Below are positions 40,505 to 40,717 of a stretch of 40,717 bases of DNA, piece after piece. The notes under the pieces were generated by a model. It saw only the letters and a program-made list of their open reading frames with translations, was not told the origin of the DNA and made no database searches. The DNA is taken from positions 64,001 through 104,717 of IMG/VR virus record IMGVR_UViG_3300045988_164919; one strand, given 5' to 3'. The position numbers and the translations under genes were made by a program. Position 1 is the first letter of the stretch, and each line of letters opens with the position of its first letter. This stretch comes from a virus.

Positions 40505-40717
40505 GCAAGAGCCTCCAGATATGCGTCTACCGTTTTAGTATAATCGGCATAATTAATTTTTGTATTCCAAGAGCGGATTTCTGAAAGAATATCATCGATT
40601 GCCGCGGTTGCATCAGGGTTTCTAGAAATATCTGTTGCAGGGGCAGATTTGTTGGTGATTGCGAATTTTTCGCACGCTGCAATATTTTTCTTGAAATTCA
40701 CTTTTCCATAATTGCCT
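40501..40717 (-). CDS. Hypothetical protein, partial (the 5' end lies beyond the window).
   Basis: Track ORF 40501..40701. The frame stays open upstream to the window edge (..GNYGKVNFKKNIAACEKFAITNKSAPATD...). Confidence 0.4.
   Translation of the reverse strand, partial: GNYGKVNFKKNIAACEKFAITNKSAPATDISRNPDATAAIDDILSEIRSWNTKINYADYTKTVDAYLEALA

Noticed and set aside
1-40717. I looked for CRISPR arrays, rRNA genes and IS/transposase or integrase genes.
   Set aside because: There are no regularly spaced direct repeats with unique spacers, no rRNA-like conserved blocks, and no DDE, tyrosine or serine recombinase motifs. The only repeats are the promoter cassettes and the tRNA-associated elements.

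Overview
This 40.7-kb window is AT-rich (about 30-35% GC) and looks like a large virulent phage genome. Nearly every gene lies on the minus strand. Transcription units are laid out as repeated terminator-hairpin / conserved AT-rich promoter / Shine-Dalgarno / ATG cassettes.

The phage reads TAG as a sense codon, most likely Gln. The clearest evidence is a phage metK (SAM synthetase) in which an in-frame TAG sits exactly at the conserved Gln of the GHPDK(I/V)xDQ(I/V)SD motif. Many other genes are continuous coding sequence only if TAG is read through: the radical SAM enzyme, tail-fibre genes, an endonuclease and others. The supplied ORF track treats TAG as a stop, so it fragments these genes. 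I merged the fragments where I could verify frame continuity by hand.

Main contents, from low to high coordinate:
(i) Virion/tail-fibre genes carrying the Mtd_N-type motif (E/D)xDTxKxKIGDGxTxWxxL.
(ii) A roughly 4.7-kb minus-strand array of at least 18 tRNA or tRNA-like genes. Two tRNAs carry nested mini-tRNA-like insertions in the anticodon loop. One locus looks permuted or fragmented. Several tRNAs are otherwise non-canonical.
(iii) A TAG-rich four-gene module: a small protein, a radical SAM/SPASM enzyme, a roughly 216-aa precursor with a C-terminal run of about 30 Cys residues at C-x3-C spacing, and an Asn/Ile/Lys-rich protein. This is a RiPP-like cassette, or possibly a metal-binding one.
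(iv) Three large paralogous proteins with tandem C-terminal CxxC zinc ribbons. They are interleaved with an M42-like metallopeptidase, an HslV-like Ntn-hydrolase, a metallophosphoesterase, a Pol-beta-type nucleotidyltransferase and a GC-rich moron.
(v) A free-standing homing-endonuclease-like gene with zinc-finger repeats and a DUF559-like nuclease domain.
(vi) A P-loop polynucleotide-kinase-like gene, metK, arrays of small paralogous acidic proteins and membrane proteins, an Rnl2/Rnl5-type RNA ligase with an N-terminal tRNA-binding-like OB domain, and a chorismate-mutase-like small protein.

I found no CRISPR array, rRNA gene or transposase/IS element. Every call comes from manual reading of the sequence: hand translation, motif recognition and tRNA folding. 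None has been validated with tRNAscan, HMM searches or BLAST.
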